A stretch of DNA of 64,000 nucleotides from Eledone cirrhosa (Eukaryota). Position 1 is the stretch's first letter; every line of letters starts with the position of its first letter. Under the pieces are notes generated by a model that was not told the origin of the DNA, did not search any database, and worked only from the letters and a program-made list of their open reading frames with translations. Position numbers and translations under genes: made by a program. This document shows, one piece after another, positions 42,102-55,753 of this stretch. The stretch spans positions 8,990,001 to 9,054,000 of the forward strand of contig OZ024750.1 of NCBI GenBank assembly GCA_964016885.1, written 5' to 3'.

Positions 42102-43637
42102 ATAAATTTCTGTTTTGATATTTTAAAGAAATAATTCTTAATTACTATCAGACATAGAAAGTCTTATGTTTTATCACAGAAATGCATTTTATCTTATCTG
42201 TTTAGCTATATATTTTTGTTTACTTAATCATTTTACATGTTTTTCTGTAATGTATGTATGTTTGTATGTATTTATTTATGTATGTATGTTTGTCTGTTAT
42301 ATATTTCCTTTTTATATAATAGCTTAGTATAGAAATCCTCTTCAATTAAAAAAAATAACAGAACGACAATAACAATATTCCCCAAAACATGTTGAAAATA
42401 AAAATTTACTTAAATATTTAAGATACACACATACATATTAGTAATGTATGATTAAATTCTCTGAGACTACTTATATCCAAACTTTACCTTAGTAAAACAG
42501 AGCTAGGATTCTTGGATTATTATAAATAGTTCCATCTTCAACACTAATTCCATATTTAAAGTAGTATAAACTTCTAGCTTTCTATTTTTTGATCAGTGAT
42601 ATTATGAATGTTTTGATAGGACTTGTTGCTAAAAATATAACTGAAACTTCAAATATATTTACTGATGGATCAGTTAAGGTATTGAAGTTCAGGAGTTTGG
42701 AATTATAGACCTCTCATTGCTTTCAACAGTATTCCAGTAGTGTTCAGTGGTTCAGTCTATTGAACAACCTACTCATGATACTAACTTGAAAGTGGCTGAG
42801 TATTCCACTGACACTAATGTAATTTTCAGGGAGATTCAGTTAAATACAGTGTGTGGCGAAGCTGGCCTTAATTTCAAAGGACCTATTAGATGAAGTTAAG
42901 GTGATATTCACTGATCATAAGTTTTATAATAAAACTGGCTTGACAAAAATGGTTAAAAATCTTCAGGTTGATATACATTATAACATTTTGTTGATATACA
43001 TTATAAGATTTAATCTTTCTAGGAGGACTTCGTTGTTATCTCTTTGAAGATAACCATAATTACCAAATATTAGAAGATTTTTGGTTCTCATATTTTAAGT
43101 TCCTTTCTTAATGCTAATTCTAAAACACAAGTTCTTTTAGCTTTGGTCTTCAAAACTTGAGTATACCAAATTTACAACCTTGTTTCAGTTCTTAGTCATA
43201 GCTGTTTTCCATCCCTTACATTACATAATACATTTAGTTAAAGTATGAGTGCCATAATTCCCATTTCTTCCCCTACCCTAAAATGAATAGGGCTGATCCT
43301 GATCGATTGCTCCTTTTGAGAACAAAACGACCTGAAACTGGTCCAGGTTCTATGATACAAAACCGTTTATATTTATCTAAAAACTTTCCATCCTAATTTT
43401 ATATAAGAACCTCTCTTATGTTATGTTCCAAACACTAACTTAATAATGAGAAATTTAGTTATGTCACTGAATCACTTCAAATTTGTGAAATATAGACAAT
43501 GTTTTCATGACAAATATGGTAATGAAAGGATTAAACAACCTGTCTAGAATGTTCTATTGGAATGCTGTTGTGATGCCCATAGGTTTTATGAATGCTTTTC
43601 ATTAAATGGATATTAGAAATATCTCTTTTGTTTTCAG

Positions 43638-43682
43638 ATAAACTATTTTTGGAAACATGTGCGATATTTATGTTTTCATCGG
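43638..43682 (+). CDS. NT5C3: Candidate 45-nt cassette exon of NT5C3 (INYFWKHVRYLCFHR)
   Basis: Strong acceptor ttttgttttcag, donor CGG|GTATGT, phase 0-0, open frame. Confidence 0.4.
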
Positions 43683-46392
43683 GTATGTACTTTGACACTC
43701 TGCTTCCACTTGATAATCACAACGAGGAAATCTAAATTTCCTTAATTCTTCTGTTTTGTTTATCATTCATCAGCATACATATATCTCATCACTGCTTATA
43801 TATGTGAAGAAATATGGCTTTTCGTGTACTAGCTGTCTTGTCAGTTTTTGTAATCAGGAAGAGGGTTTTTTTTAAACTCTTGTTGAGTGAAAATTATTTT
43901 CACCATTGAGATTTGAGGGGTTCTTCTTAACTACATCATATCAACTTTATTAAGTAAGGGAAACAAATTGAATTGCCTGTCAAATAACTCATAATATAAG
44001 TGATGCATATATAATTTTCAAAGCCCAGTAGTGATAAAAGGTTTTCTTGTTCTATATTTAAGTGATGTAGATAGGATTTGAAAAATGTAATGGTTTTGGT
44101 CTGGATAGGTAAGATTGATGCAGTTGTTCAGCTGTAAGACATCATCACCCCTTGGTGCCTTTAGTGAAGTCCATTCTGTTGCAGGCATTCAGATCAAATC
44201 TCTGGTTTGAGGATATCTCCCCACTTCCATCACACCGTTCTTGGGAAAGGGTCATGGAAACTACCCTTCCCTCTCTGACTCAACAGTAAAAAAGAAAATC
44301 AACATCTGTAAGAAAAATGTGGGTAACAAGGAGCTTCCAGGTTATTCATATTATGAGGATGAAAGATGGGTATAATGGTTAGAGTGTGGAGCTTGGATGG
44401 ACAGAATGGGAGAAATTGGTGTGCCAGTTGAACTTTGGTGTAGCGTGCTTCTTTGATATGTGCAGTGAATGTGTCTTTATGTTGTCAAAGCAGGGAAGAT
44501 TGTTATATCCCTATTAGAGAATGATCTCCTTTCATGGAAACTGCAGGTTTGATGCAAGGTGTCTAGTTGCACATGGATTATGCATGTTTAGAGAGAAAAG
44601 GATTCTGGTGTCCTCTGCATTAGTTCATCACCGTTTTACGTCCATTCTTCCACACTAGCATGGGTTGGGCAGGTTGTCCTGTTGTGGGCGGTGCCAGGTC
44701 GGGTGACGTTTTCTTGCTCATCGGGAATTGATGTTGGCTTGATTTCTACAGATGGATGCCCTTCCTTAACACCAACCTCATTTACAGTGAGTGCTGGGTG
44801 CTTTTTTTTTTGTGACACCTCCACGACCACTTTGTAGTGGGAGGGGGTGAGGGCATATTATCTATATGCTTCAGCTTCGGCTTATACCCTTGGGAAGTCG
44901 AGTCTGGATACAAATACATGAAAAATACTTCAGTTATTTCATTTATCAAGCTCTTAATTTTATATTTTTCATTATTAATATTTAAAGCTTATATATTTTC
45001 TTCATTGGACCAAACTATATAAACAAACTTGCATATGTTCTTTTGATTTAGGTTATTTTATTCAGTGTAAGAATTCATGTGAATGTGGGAGATATACCCA
45101 AAATAATTAAAAATCGAGATAAAGAACATACATCCAGCATTACTAAAAAAATAATATGTATTTCAGAACAGACCAATCATGATTTCAACTTCATTAGATC
45201 TAATCTAACTTCACTGTAGTCAAAACTGTGAATGTTCTCTGTCAATAAAGATCATTTATGGTGTGTATTTTGGCAACAAATGGATTTTACATAATGGATA
45301 ATTCCTATATATCATCATCATCATCATCATCATCGCTTAACATCCACCTTCCACGCTAGCAAGGGTTAGACCAATATACATATATTGGCCTTTCTCTAAA
45401 ATATTGTGTTATAATTTTCTGTGTATTTTGTATCATATAATTTTCCTTGTATGTTCATCATCATTGTTTAGTGTGTGTTTTCCCTACAAGCAAGGGTTGG
45501 ATGTGTCATCACAGACCGGTCAATACTCACGTGGAGTCACTAGCCTTCAGGTGGTCTGGGGACTCAACATACAATCTAGGAAAGTTGACATATGCTTGAC
45601 ACAGCTTATGAATCCTCACAACCCTTTGTTTGGCAGGTTATTTTTTATGGATGGATGCCCTTCCTATCACCAACCAATTTACAGAGCACACTGGATGCAT
45701 TTATCATGTAAATCACCAACACTAGAGAGGTTGTCATGTGTATGACACAACTGAAGAAACTTCCTGATCTACTTTGGTGTTCTATAGAGGATTAGTGGCA
45801 GGGAAAAGTGACATCATTTTGGGGGAAAACCCTGGGTGCCAAGGACAATCAACTAACTGCTCTCTTCTGGAGAACTTTTAGTCTAGGGCCAATGAATTAC
45901 TTCCAGAAATCCCTGGCCCGGCAGAGTTTTCTGGTTCGAGATAAACTCTACAGGCATGAAATTGCCATCAGATGAACATGTCCAAGATGCATGCAGGGTG
46001 ATGAAATCATCCTGTATATGTGCATTCATTCAGTACCCGAGCATTGCTGACCTGTGGGTTTCTGTTGAACACATACTGTCATATGTAGGATGGATCCAGC
46101 TATCATGGCTGGAATGGATCAGTTTAAAAAGGGCTGACCTGGGCTAAATAACAACAAAAATGCGAACATTGCATAGATCAGATATTGTTCTCTCCTAAAA
46201 AAGACAAAAGCCAGTATCAAAAGAAAACCAGCTTTACTTCACATGTGATGAGGTTTTAAATTTACCTGATCTTCATATTTTTGTAATTCCTTTTAATCTT
46301 ATACTACCTATCTAAATTTTAATGAATTTGATTTCTTATATAGCAATTCTTTCTGTTTTCTAATATTTCTTTTGCTTCTTTTTATTCGTCAG

Positions 46393-47723
46393 ATACCTGA
46401 GCTGAATTCAGAAAATGTTTGTATTGTTAATAAAAATAAGGTCAATCAAATTGTAAAGAAATTCCTTGCAGATGGACCTGATAAATTACAGGTATACCAA
46501 ATATTTTCACCTCTTATCTCTCCTGATATCAAACCAATCCAAGCTACCACTGGTTCTACAATATAAAGCAATTTATTCTAAAGTGTTTGTATGTATCTAA
46601 AAACCTATCATAATTTCATGTTAAATTATGTTCCAAACACTAATTTACTAATGAGAAAGTTAGTTATATTACTAAATCTTTTCAAATTCTTAATTATTTC
46701 AAAACTATAGACTGTCTTTCATTAGAGTGAGACTTTAGCACCCCAAAAAGACTCACAACCCAGTGATGTAGCTATGGTGAGGTAAGTAAGGGTTGCCCCT
46801 AAAAAAGCCTTGTCACCATGGGTCTGATATTGTTTTTGTTAGTAGATTATTTTTCCTGATTGCATCTTTAGACTTCCATCAACAAGGAGTCCTTTGTTTT
46901 TTTCTTACAGATTGTGACAGATTTTGACCAGACAATGACTATGCACACTTATCAAAACAAATCATGTGACTCGTGCCATGGTAAGTTTTCTTCCTATTGT
47001 TCCCATTGATCAATTGTTGTTGACCTGTCTGCAAGGCTGGATTTAATGGGGAGGCAAGGGGGCAATTGCCTCGGACCCTCTGCAGTGAAGGCTGTAACAA
47101 TTTATTTGTGCCCCCAGCTGAGCCTTTTAGTTTTAGGATGGTTAGAATTTTTTAATTTAATACCTGTATGTTTAGCTTTACAATTCCAATTACTTGCATT
47201 AAGCTAACTTTGATATGTAAAATTGGGGGTTGCTGTGTATTCTAATATTTTGTCTATTTGTCTGAAAAGAAAGACAGACGGCCAGCTATCTAGTCTTGAG
47301 AAGGGCTTTGGACTTTAAGTTACATAACACTGATGAAATCAGGCTAGGCTATGGCCTGGGGACCCCTATAAGCTTCATACAGACTTTAACTTTTAAAGGG
47401 AAAAAGGGCACAGAAAAGCCTTTAGTTTCTATTTGAATTCCCTAATTCTTTGACAAATTCAACAGCTTATTTTCATTCTCCTTATTTTCCATAGGTGTCC
47501 TGGATAATAGTTCTTTTCTGCCAGAGGATTTCCGTGAAAAGGTAAAACTAATTAAATAAAAAGGTTGGGGGGGGGGGGGGGGGGGTTCAAGTTTGTTTTT
47601 TACTTTTTAACATTCTTGTTTCCATGGTTAGTGTGATGTATTTGTTGTTGTTGCTGGGGTTTTTTTTATGCTGTCATCGTTGTTGCTGTTAAATAAATAT
47701 GTGTATATTTTCACCCACAAATG

Positions 47724-47762
<39 letters not shown>

Positions 47763-50700
47763 AGGATTGTAGAAAAATCACTGTGGCATACATCAGACTG
47801 TACTTGCTATTCAAAGGCCAACCATGTCATGTACTGTGACATACTGAGAATTATGTTAAAGTTACATGTATTAGTGGGATAGTCAGCCATTTAACTTCTT
47901 TAGCAGACTATTTCATTGATGAAACAACTGGAAGACTCATTGTCAAAACTAGGAACTCCATTCCATATTAAGAGAGAATCTGTATGTGGTAACATGTTAA
48001 ATATCAAATGTAGCTTTTTGAGCTGTAGAATTTTGCTAGAAATTGAAAATATATAGAATGTATGTTGCTTTTAAACTGGCTGTATCCAGCCAGAATTCTC
48101 TCCTCTTTCTATTCAAACCAGCCATAACTGGCTGCTCATACTGACATTAAGGTATTGATCTCAAAATAAATAACATCAAAATCTCATAGATTTGATATTA
48201 TGTGAGATAATTATGTAAGATAAAGCCTTTACTGTGAAAATACAATAGTAAATATAGAGTAATCATCATCATCATCATTTTATGTCCGCTTTTCCTTGCT
48301 TGCAAGGGTGGGACGGGAACTGATTCTGGCTGGATGCCCTTCCTAACACCAACCTCATTTACAGTGAGTGCTGGGTGCTTTTTTGCCGTGGCACCTCCAC
48401 GACCACTTTGCAGTGGAATGATAGGGACCCCAGTCCCTATCATCTCATTTCTACAGCTGAGTAAACTGGAGCAATGTGAAATAAAGTGTCTTGCTCAAGG
48501 AAACAACACATCACCCGGTCTGAGAATTGAACTCACAACCTTTCGATTGCAAGGCCAATGCTCTAACCACTAAGCCATGTGCCTAATGTAAATGCTAAAG
48601 AGTTAAAGAACTTTTTTTTACCTTTTGTCTATTTTCCAGGTTGGAATATTAAGGAACTATTATGCACCGATAGAATTTGATCCTTTAATAAAAGCTGAGA
48701 AGAAAATTCCTAAAATGGAAGAATGGTAAAATGATTGTTGAATTCTTTATTGTTAATTTTGTAAAATTTGAGAATGCTTGTAATTTGTAATAACATATAT
48801 TGTTTTTAGGTGGTCTCAAGTACATGAACTACTTGGAACATTGAATTTTTCTCGGAGTATAATTCATAAAATGGTTGCTGAGTCTTCTGTCAGACTAAGG
48901 TAAAGGATTAACACTGTTTTTTACTGTTTTTTTATCTCATATTCATCATCACATCAGTTTTTTCATGCTTGCATGGGTTGGACAGGTCCTTCTCAGCACA
49001 ACATCTCTCCACTCGCCACGTTCTTTCATCATCTTTAACCACCTCTGACCAGGTCTTTCTTGGTCTACTTCTACTGTGACTTCCTTCCACTGAGATTTTC
49101 TGGCAGTCTTCTCTCCTGCACGCCACTTCAGATTCCCTTGAAACCCAGTTTCTCCCTCAGCTCATTCTAGCTCTGCCTTTCTCTCACATTTACGTTGCGC
49201 ATCCAATGAAGCAGGATTGCTTCATTTCTCTCCAATTTATGGATGTATTCTGAGGTCACAGGCCATGTTTCACAACCATGCAGCATCATACAGTCACCCT
49301 TTAGTATATAGGGAGAAACCTTTTGCTGTCAACAGTGGAAGTAACTCTCTAAACTTCTTCCACCCTATCCTTATTCTAGCTATTATGCTCTCAGCGCACC
49401 CTCCTTCACTGCTAATTAAATCATGTAGATAAAAGCTATTAGCCACTTCTATAGATCCTTCCTGTGACTGAAAAAGGTTTATATTACTGACACTCTTCCT
49501 CTCAATTACCTCTGTGCATCTTCTACACATAGTCTTCCCTTCCTGTTACTCTGTCCGTTATCCCACTACATCCATGCTAGCATGGAAGATGGACGTTAAA
49601 CGATGATGATGATGATCTCATTTGTACCCAAGTTGTCTGTAAAAGTTTCTCATAGAACCTGCCCTTTTGTTTCATCACTGGCTCTATTCCCATCATCCTC
49701 TGCATTTCACATGTACAAATAGAGAGATAGAGAGAATTTTAAGAAAATGTTAAAGAAAGATTTACTTTCATCGATGTTTTGATATTTTTTGTTTTGTTTT
49801 TTAATTGTAATTCAAAATTATTTATTATTGTAAGTTACTGTTAAAACCCACCATTTACTATAACCTATTTAAGATCAATTATGTATTATAAATAGTTTAT
49901 GTATTCATTCCATTTAATTTTAGGACTGGTTGTGATGAATTATTTAAGACACTTGACAATTCGAAAATTCCGATTCTGATCCTTTCTGCAGGATTAGGTG
50001 ATATTCTATCGGAGATTTTGACCCAACAAAGTACTGTCTACAATAACATGAAAATTGTCTCAAATTTCATGAAATTTGATCAGGTAGAAAATTCTTTTTT
50101 TTTCTTTTTCATAAGTAAAAACAGAGAGTAAAGATCCCTTTCGGTCACGAATGACCATGGGATTTGTACCTAGAAAGTTTCCCTTTTGAGACATAAGTCT
50201 AGACAAGGTTGTTTGTGGAAGACCAGCAGTCACCCATGCATACCAGTCTCCTCTCTCCACACCACCGATGTTGTTCAAGGGAAAGGCAAAGGCCAATACA
50301 GCTTGGCACCAGTGACGTCGCAACTCATTTCTACAGCTGAGTGAACTGGAACAACGTGATATAAAGTATCTTGCTCAAAAACACAACACATTGCCCAGTC
50401 CAGGAATCAAACTCACAGCCTCACGATTGTGAACCCGACACTCTAACCACTAAGCCATGCACCTCCACTTTTTATAAGTATCTATTCATAATTTGCGTAT
50501 AATGTTTATACATAAAGGCACACTATGTCAGTGTGGTTAAGAAGTTTGCTTTATTTAGTATTTACATTAAATTAATTTTTAACATATTAATAGCATTGAA
50601 AATTATCTGATCACCTTTGTTTTTATTTTTCAACAATCTTTGAATTGGCTTTACAATATGTTAACAACGTACAACAGTGCAAGCTGCACATTAAAATTAA

Positions 50701-51635
50701 ATATATTAGTCTCATCTGGTTTTTTCCCCTTTCCTCAGTCTAACATGATCTAAAAACATTATATACGAACATTTTTTTTTGTTTTTCTTCTTCTTTAGCA
50801 AGATAAGATGATTGGTTTTCACGAGGAAATTATTCATACATTTAATAAGAATAAGTGTGCTATTCACAAGTCTGGTTATTTCCTAAATCAGAGAACAAAC
50901 ATTATACTGTTGGGTGACTCTTTGGGTGACTTACATTTAGCTGATGGAGCCAAGAAGGATTCCACAATTTTGAAAATTGGCTACCTCAATGATAGGGTAA
51001 GAACTTTTTTCTCTTCTTTCAAACTCTCTACTGGTAAAATACACACACATACACGCATTTTTTCCACACATGTTGCACTTAAAATTCCTGCGTTTTCAAT
51101 CAGTATTCATTAGTTACTATGGTGACAACATTCTATCTATCTATCTATTTTTCACTCTCTCTCTCTCTCTGTATTTCTCTCTCAACAACTTTTCACTCCT
51201 CCTACATACATGTGACAGACAGAGGGCAGGAGAAACAGCTTCTCTCTTTATATATGGCGGTGCCCCAGCATGGCCTCAGCCGGATGGCTGAAACAGGTAA
51301 AAGAGTATATATAGGCAACGAATTGGCAGTGTCATTAGAACGTTGGATAAAATGCTTTGCAGTATTTGCTTCAACTTTTTGAGTTCAAATCCCGCCAAGG
51401 TTAACTTTGCCTTTCATCCATTTGAGGTCGATAAAAAAAAGTACCATTATCAAGTACTGGGGTTGGTTCTTCTATATCTCTTTCTCACTCTCTATCCTTC
51501 TCTTGAAGAAATCAGTTGTATTCAGACCTGGAGAGGAGATGGGCTCCACCAGGTTTAAAAAATGCTCTAGACTTACCGTATGTCAATACAGCACCCCTAC
51601 ACCTCCTTCGGGATTTACAGGACCATGCATGCATG

Positions 51636-51680
<45 letters not shown>

Positions 51681-52053
51681 TCTGCTGTGCTGAGATCAGG
51701 GGAGTACTCTATGCATGGGAAGAAATATAGTGGGTATAGAGGAATGTCGAAATCCAACTGCAATGTCAAGAAGTTTTGGTTTGTATTCAGTAAGCCATAT
51801 TTGCTCATATGATGGAAGACTTAAAATTTCATGTGTATATTTCAAATTTATAATCTCAAGTATATTTACGATGTTATCTTTCTTTTTTTTATGTGCTTAT
51901 TTATTTATTTTTATTTATATTTTCTTTTGCCAGGTTGATGAAAGTTTGGAATTATACAAAAATTCCTTTGATATTGTTTTGATAAAAACTGAAAATGTGA
52001 ACCTGTTGAATAGTATTGTGAAGACAACGATCAAGAAAACAACTAACCCATAA
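46393..52053 (+). CDS. NT5C3: Cytosolic 5'-nucleotidase III (pyrimidine/m7GMP 5'-nucleotidase, HAD family); N-terminus uncertain
   Basis: Exons 46393-46491, 46911-46980 (IVTDFDQT), 47495-47541, 48640-48725 (YAPIEFDP), 48810-48899, 49924-50083 (LSAGLGDIL, IVSNFM), 50799-50996 (IHTFNK, LLGDSLGD, KIGYLNDR), 51934-52053 (TAA). 870 nt in frame. Confidence 0.93.
48943..49617 (-). mobile_element. Decayed RTE-clade LINE 3' fragment (others at 52575-52720 + and 62800-62970 -)
   Basis: ARIRIGWKKFRELLPLL and RSRPRKTWSEVVKDD motifs; (ATG)n tail. Confidence 0.8.
50135..50468 (-). mobile_element. tRNA/CORE-type SINE with a different 3' body
   Basis: Minus-strand head ggaggtgcatggcttagtggttagagtgtcggg...gagtttgattcc; CORE-like tttgagcaagatactttatatcac. 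Confidence 0.75.
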
Positions 52054-53042
52054 CAAAGTCCTAGTGCCATTTATTTGAAAATTATTTATGATTAAATAAT
52101 TTTTAATTATTTGTGTGTTTATCATTATTTTGATCCATCTTCATTTTATGTCCAGTTTCTATTGCTAACACCAACCACTTTATTAAATGTACTGTGTGTA
52201 TTTCATCATGGATTCTACATTAGAGAAGCTATTGTGTCCTCAACATGATTAAAATGTCCTCTCTATCCTTTTCTGGCTAACACCAACCACTTTACAGTGT
52301 GCTGAGTGATGTTTTTGAGGGGTTTTTTTTTTATTGTAGCACAAACACTCAAAATGTTGTCTTATTTTCAACATAACTGAAGAGTCCTCTCTATCCTACG
52401 TTTACATTTTAATATCAATCCTTCTAGTGTTGACATTGCCTTTTGTCATACCAGGGTTAATAAAAAAAAATATCAGTGAATTACTGGGGTCCATCTAATT
52501 CACTATGTCCTTGTTCCTCTGGTAGAACTTAGTATACTCATCATTGCTTTATCCCATCATATTTATTAGATGATCTCTCTTGACAAAGAAGGGTTTCTCC
52601 TTACAAACAAAAGGCCAGTTATATGATGCTTGTGTGAGATGTGCGATGCTGCATGGTAGTGAGACATGGGCAGCAACTGTGGAGGGTATGCGATGGCTGA
52701 AGAGAAATGAAGTGGAGGAAGGGAGACTTATATTCGAGTATACACAGTACCTCAATCACAGTATCTATCCATTTCTTTGCTAACAAGTATGTTGACAGCA
52801 GAACTCTTCTTCAGTGATGGTCTGTGTAAATAGAACAGGTTCATAAAGTGGAATAAATTATTTTGTTGTAATGTTTCTTATAGAACCTTTCGTTAAAGTG
52901 ATTCCTACAAGAAATGCTGTCCTTAGTGAAATAATTTATTCTACTTTACAACTTTTTTTGTACATAAATATGTTAGAACTTCGTAATAACTACATTCATC
53001 TACTAGAGAAAGGGAGAGGATGTGATATGACATCTACTAGAG

Positions 53043-53163
53043 CAGGGTTCCGTAACCCTTTTTGGTAACCCTGAAGTCTAATAGTTATATGGTCGTAATA
53101 TAAATATACTCCTCTACTTTTTTTCACAGAACTATTTAGCGGAGCCAACTTTGGGAACAACTG
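53043..53163. mobile_element. Short hAT-type MITE
   Basis: Ends cagggttcc / gggaacaactg; TSD tactagag/tgctagag. Confidence 0.55.
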
Positions 53164-53309
53164 TGCTAGAGCAAGGAAATGGATATGGTATGATTAAAGA
53201 AAATCCTCAATTGGTAAAAATGTCCCAGTAATTCCTAAAACTATCAAAAAATAATGGTTAAAAAAAAGACATGGAAAATATGTTAAAGTAAACAGAGAAA
53301 TTAATTATT

Positions 53310-53885
53310 TTAATTCACTTCTAACATTCCTGATATTCTCGCCAAGATGGAAAACATTCTATCATCTATAGCAATATTTTCTTCAGATAATTGTCCAAAC
53401 ATAACCAATCTTGAAATTTCTTCTAAATGTATTGCAGCTTTTATGACAGCCACCACATTATAGTGGTCAACACCTTGTATGGCATAGTTGAGATATATTT
53501 GTTCGGCCAGTTTACGCCGGTAGAAGTCGCCTCGATCGCCCGTCATACCGACATCTTCATGCATTCCTGACAAATAGAGAAGAACGTCGTGAATATTTTT
53601 CACTGAGTGAGGCGGTATCAGCATATGTGTATTTTTCATCATTAGTATCATACGCTGGATTACTATTGTAGCAATTCGATTCAAAACTGCAGCACGAGTC
53701 ATGATGCCAGGTGATTTACGAAAAAGAATACGGAGGCAAACAACTGAATGATTGATGATTCTGTGTGAAATGTTGAATTTCTCTCTTCTTCGCTGACTAA
53801 AGTTTATTTCAATGATCTGAAAATAATACGAAACAATGCAACAAAATTTAGCAACAATCCCAAGGGAGATTACTCTAAACAACAT
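53310..53885 (-). CDS. Intronless ORF of unknown function (191 aa, or 130 aa from the ATG at 53702)
   Basis: Non-repetitive open frame with higher GC than its flanks and globular-protein-like composition; ATG at 53702 has A at -3; no family recognised. Confidence 0.55.
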   Translation of the reverse strand: MLFRVISLGIVAKFCCIVSYYFQIIEINFSQRRREKFNISHRIINHSVVCLRILFRKSPGIMTRAAVLNRIATIVIQRMILMMKNTHMLIPPHSVKNIHDVLLYLSGMHEDVGMTGDRGDFYRRKLAEQIYLNYAIQGVDHYNVVAVIKAAIHLEEISRLVMFGQLSEENIAIDDRMFSILARISGMLEVN

Positions 53886-54881
53886 TTTTAAATTAACGTT
53901 TTCATAGAATCATGAAAATTCATACAACGCATTCTTAATCTCGATTTTTTTTGGCGTTGAGCAAATATAGAAAACCTCTTTCTTTTAAAAGGACATCCAT
54001 CTATCCCTATTCCTTCTAGAAAAGCTTGATATCTAACTTTGACACAAAGCTACACATTCTTTGTGTAGTGAGTTGATTAAATCGCTTCTGATATATTAGA
54101 AGTGAAGTTTTTAAACTAAAAATACAAGAGAATAAATAGACATAGCTACTGTTTATTAACCCTGTTCCTCTTTAAGTGAAAATTTATTCAAATTACTTGG
54201 GGATGAATAAGAGGACATGATACTGAACACGTTCGATCTGTGTTTGGCTAAACAAACACGAAAATATTTTGACCATGACTTGCAATTTCACGTTGATTAT
54301 AAATAATAGTAATTACAATAATGTTATATATTTTCTATAGAAACGTAATGTCATTTCTAAAACTATCAAGAAGGAAAAAAATTTTTTTAAAATTATTTTA
54401 TGAGCATGGTCAATTAGGTCCTCAGACTCCCAGCACATGCTATCTGGGGTATCATTTACCATGGACTGTACTTGTAATTCAAAGAGCCAGTCTTGAGATG
54501 CTGGATCTCCCTGAAAATTATATTAAGACATATATATATATCAGATGGAACCAGTTTAAGATAAGTGTGACCATTACTCAACAGAGTACTCAAATCTTGA
54601 GATAGAGTATGGCTATATTATAGAGTTGGGACCCAACAGCTGAGCTCATATAATGATAGATTGACTAACTCTAGATACGATATATGAATAGGAAGTTTTC
54701 AGTTGTGCCTGTAAGATAAAATGGGGTACAGACTTCAGTGTTTTATTACAAAACATCTAGGAGACAAAAGTAAATGAATTAAGAATTTTATTTCCTATTA
54801 TCAATTTAATTTGAGAATAAACTTTGTTAAGCTATCATTCTTCACTTTCTACAACAGGGTGGTTATTATATGCGCTTAGCT

Positions 54882-55716
54882 TCACATAGACGGTAAATTT
54901 AGCAAAGTATTTTGTCCTTGGGGCAAGTAAATAACATTCCGGGATCGAGAAAGCTGGATGGCAATATCTTCTGCTGCTTCTAGTTTCCTAAGTTCAACTA
55001 AGGCATCACCAGCTTCAGTGAAGGCTTTAGATAATAATTCTGCAGCTTTAGTGTCTCCCTCTGCATTAGTAACTGCAGCCTGTCGGATTTGTTCAGCCTA
55101 AAACAGAAAAAAAGTCAACATTTAATAGTCATCAAATTGGCAGAGACATTAGAACAATGAACTTAATACCCTTTGGTATAGATTCCAGTTCCTTGAAATT
55201 TTGCCAAAATCAACTTTGCCTTTCATTCTTTAGGGGTCAAAATATTAATTACTAGTCCAGGATAGTGAATTAGTGGAATTATTAGTGTCAGTCGAGGTGA
55301 GGTGCCTTGCAAGCAGCTGTTCTGGCTCTTTGCATTTTGAGTTCAAATCTTGCTGTGTCTTATTTGGGTGGTGATGGGGGAGTTTATGGGCCTTCAAGGA
55401 AAATGGTTTTAAAATGCTTATTTTTGTGTGTTGTTGTATATTGGCGCAAACACTTTGGTATTTTTTTTTATATGTAAAAAAAACAATGAAAATGATAATA
55501 ATGTTCCATACCTTTTCGACCAGATATCTAGCTTTTTCTGCTTCCTGCTGTGCAACTTGTTTCAACTCTACAGCTTCAGTAAACTCTTTTCCAAAAGTTA
55601 AATGGGTCTATAAATAGAAACAAAATCTTATAAGCATGAAGCACACAGATATATATATGGACATACAATTATATATACATTATTAGAATCTCACATACAC
55701 ACTCTATATTATACAG

Positions 55717-55753
<37 letters not shown>

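Noticed and set aside
53500-53730. RhoGAP-like words (LFRKSPG, IHDV) in the orphan ORF
   Set aside because: Short superficial matches without the rest of the domain pattern; not supportable without a profile search.
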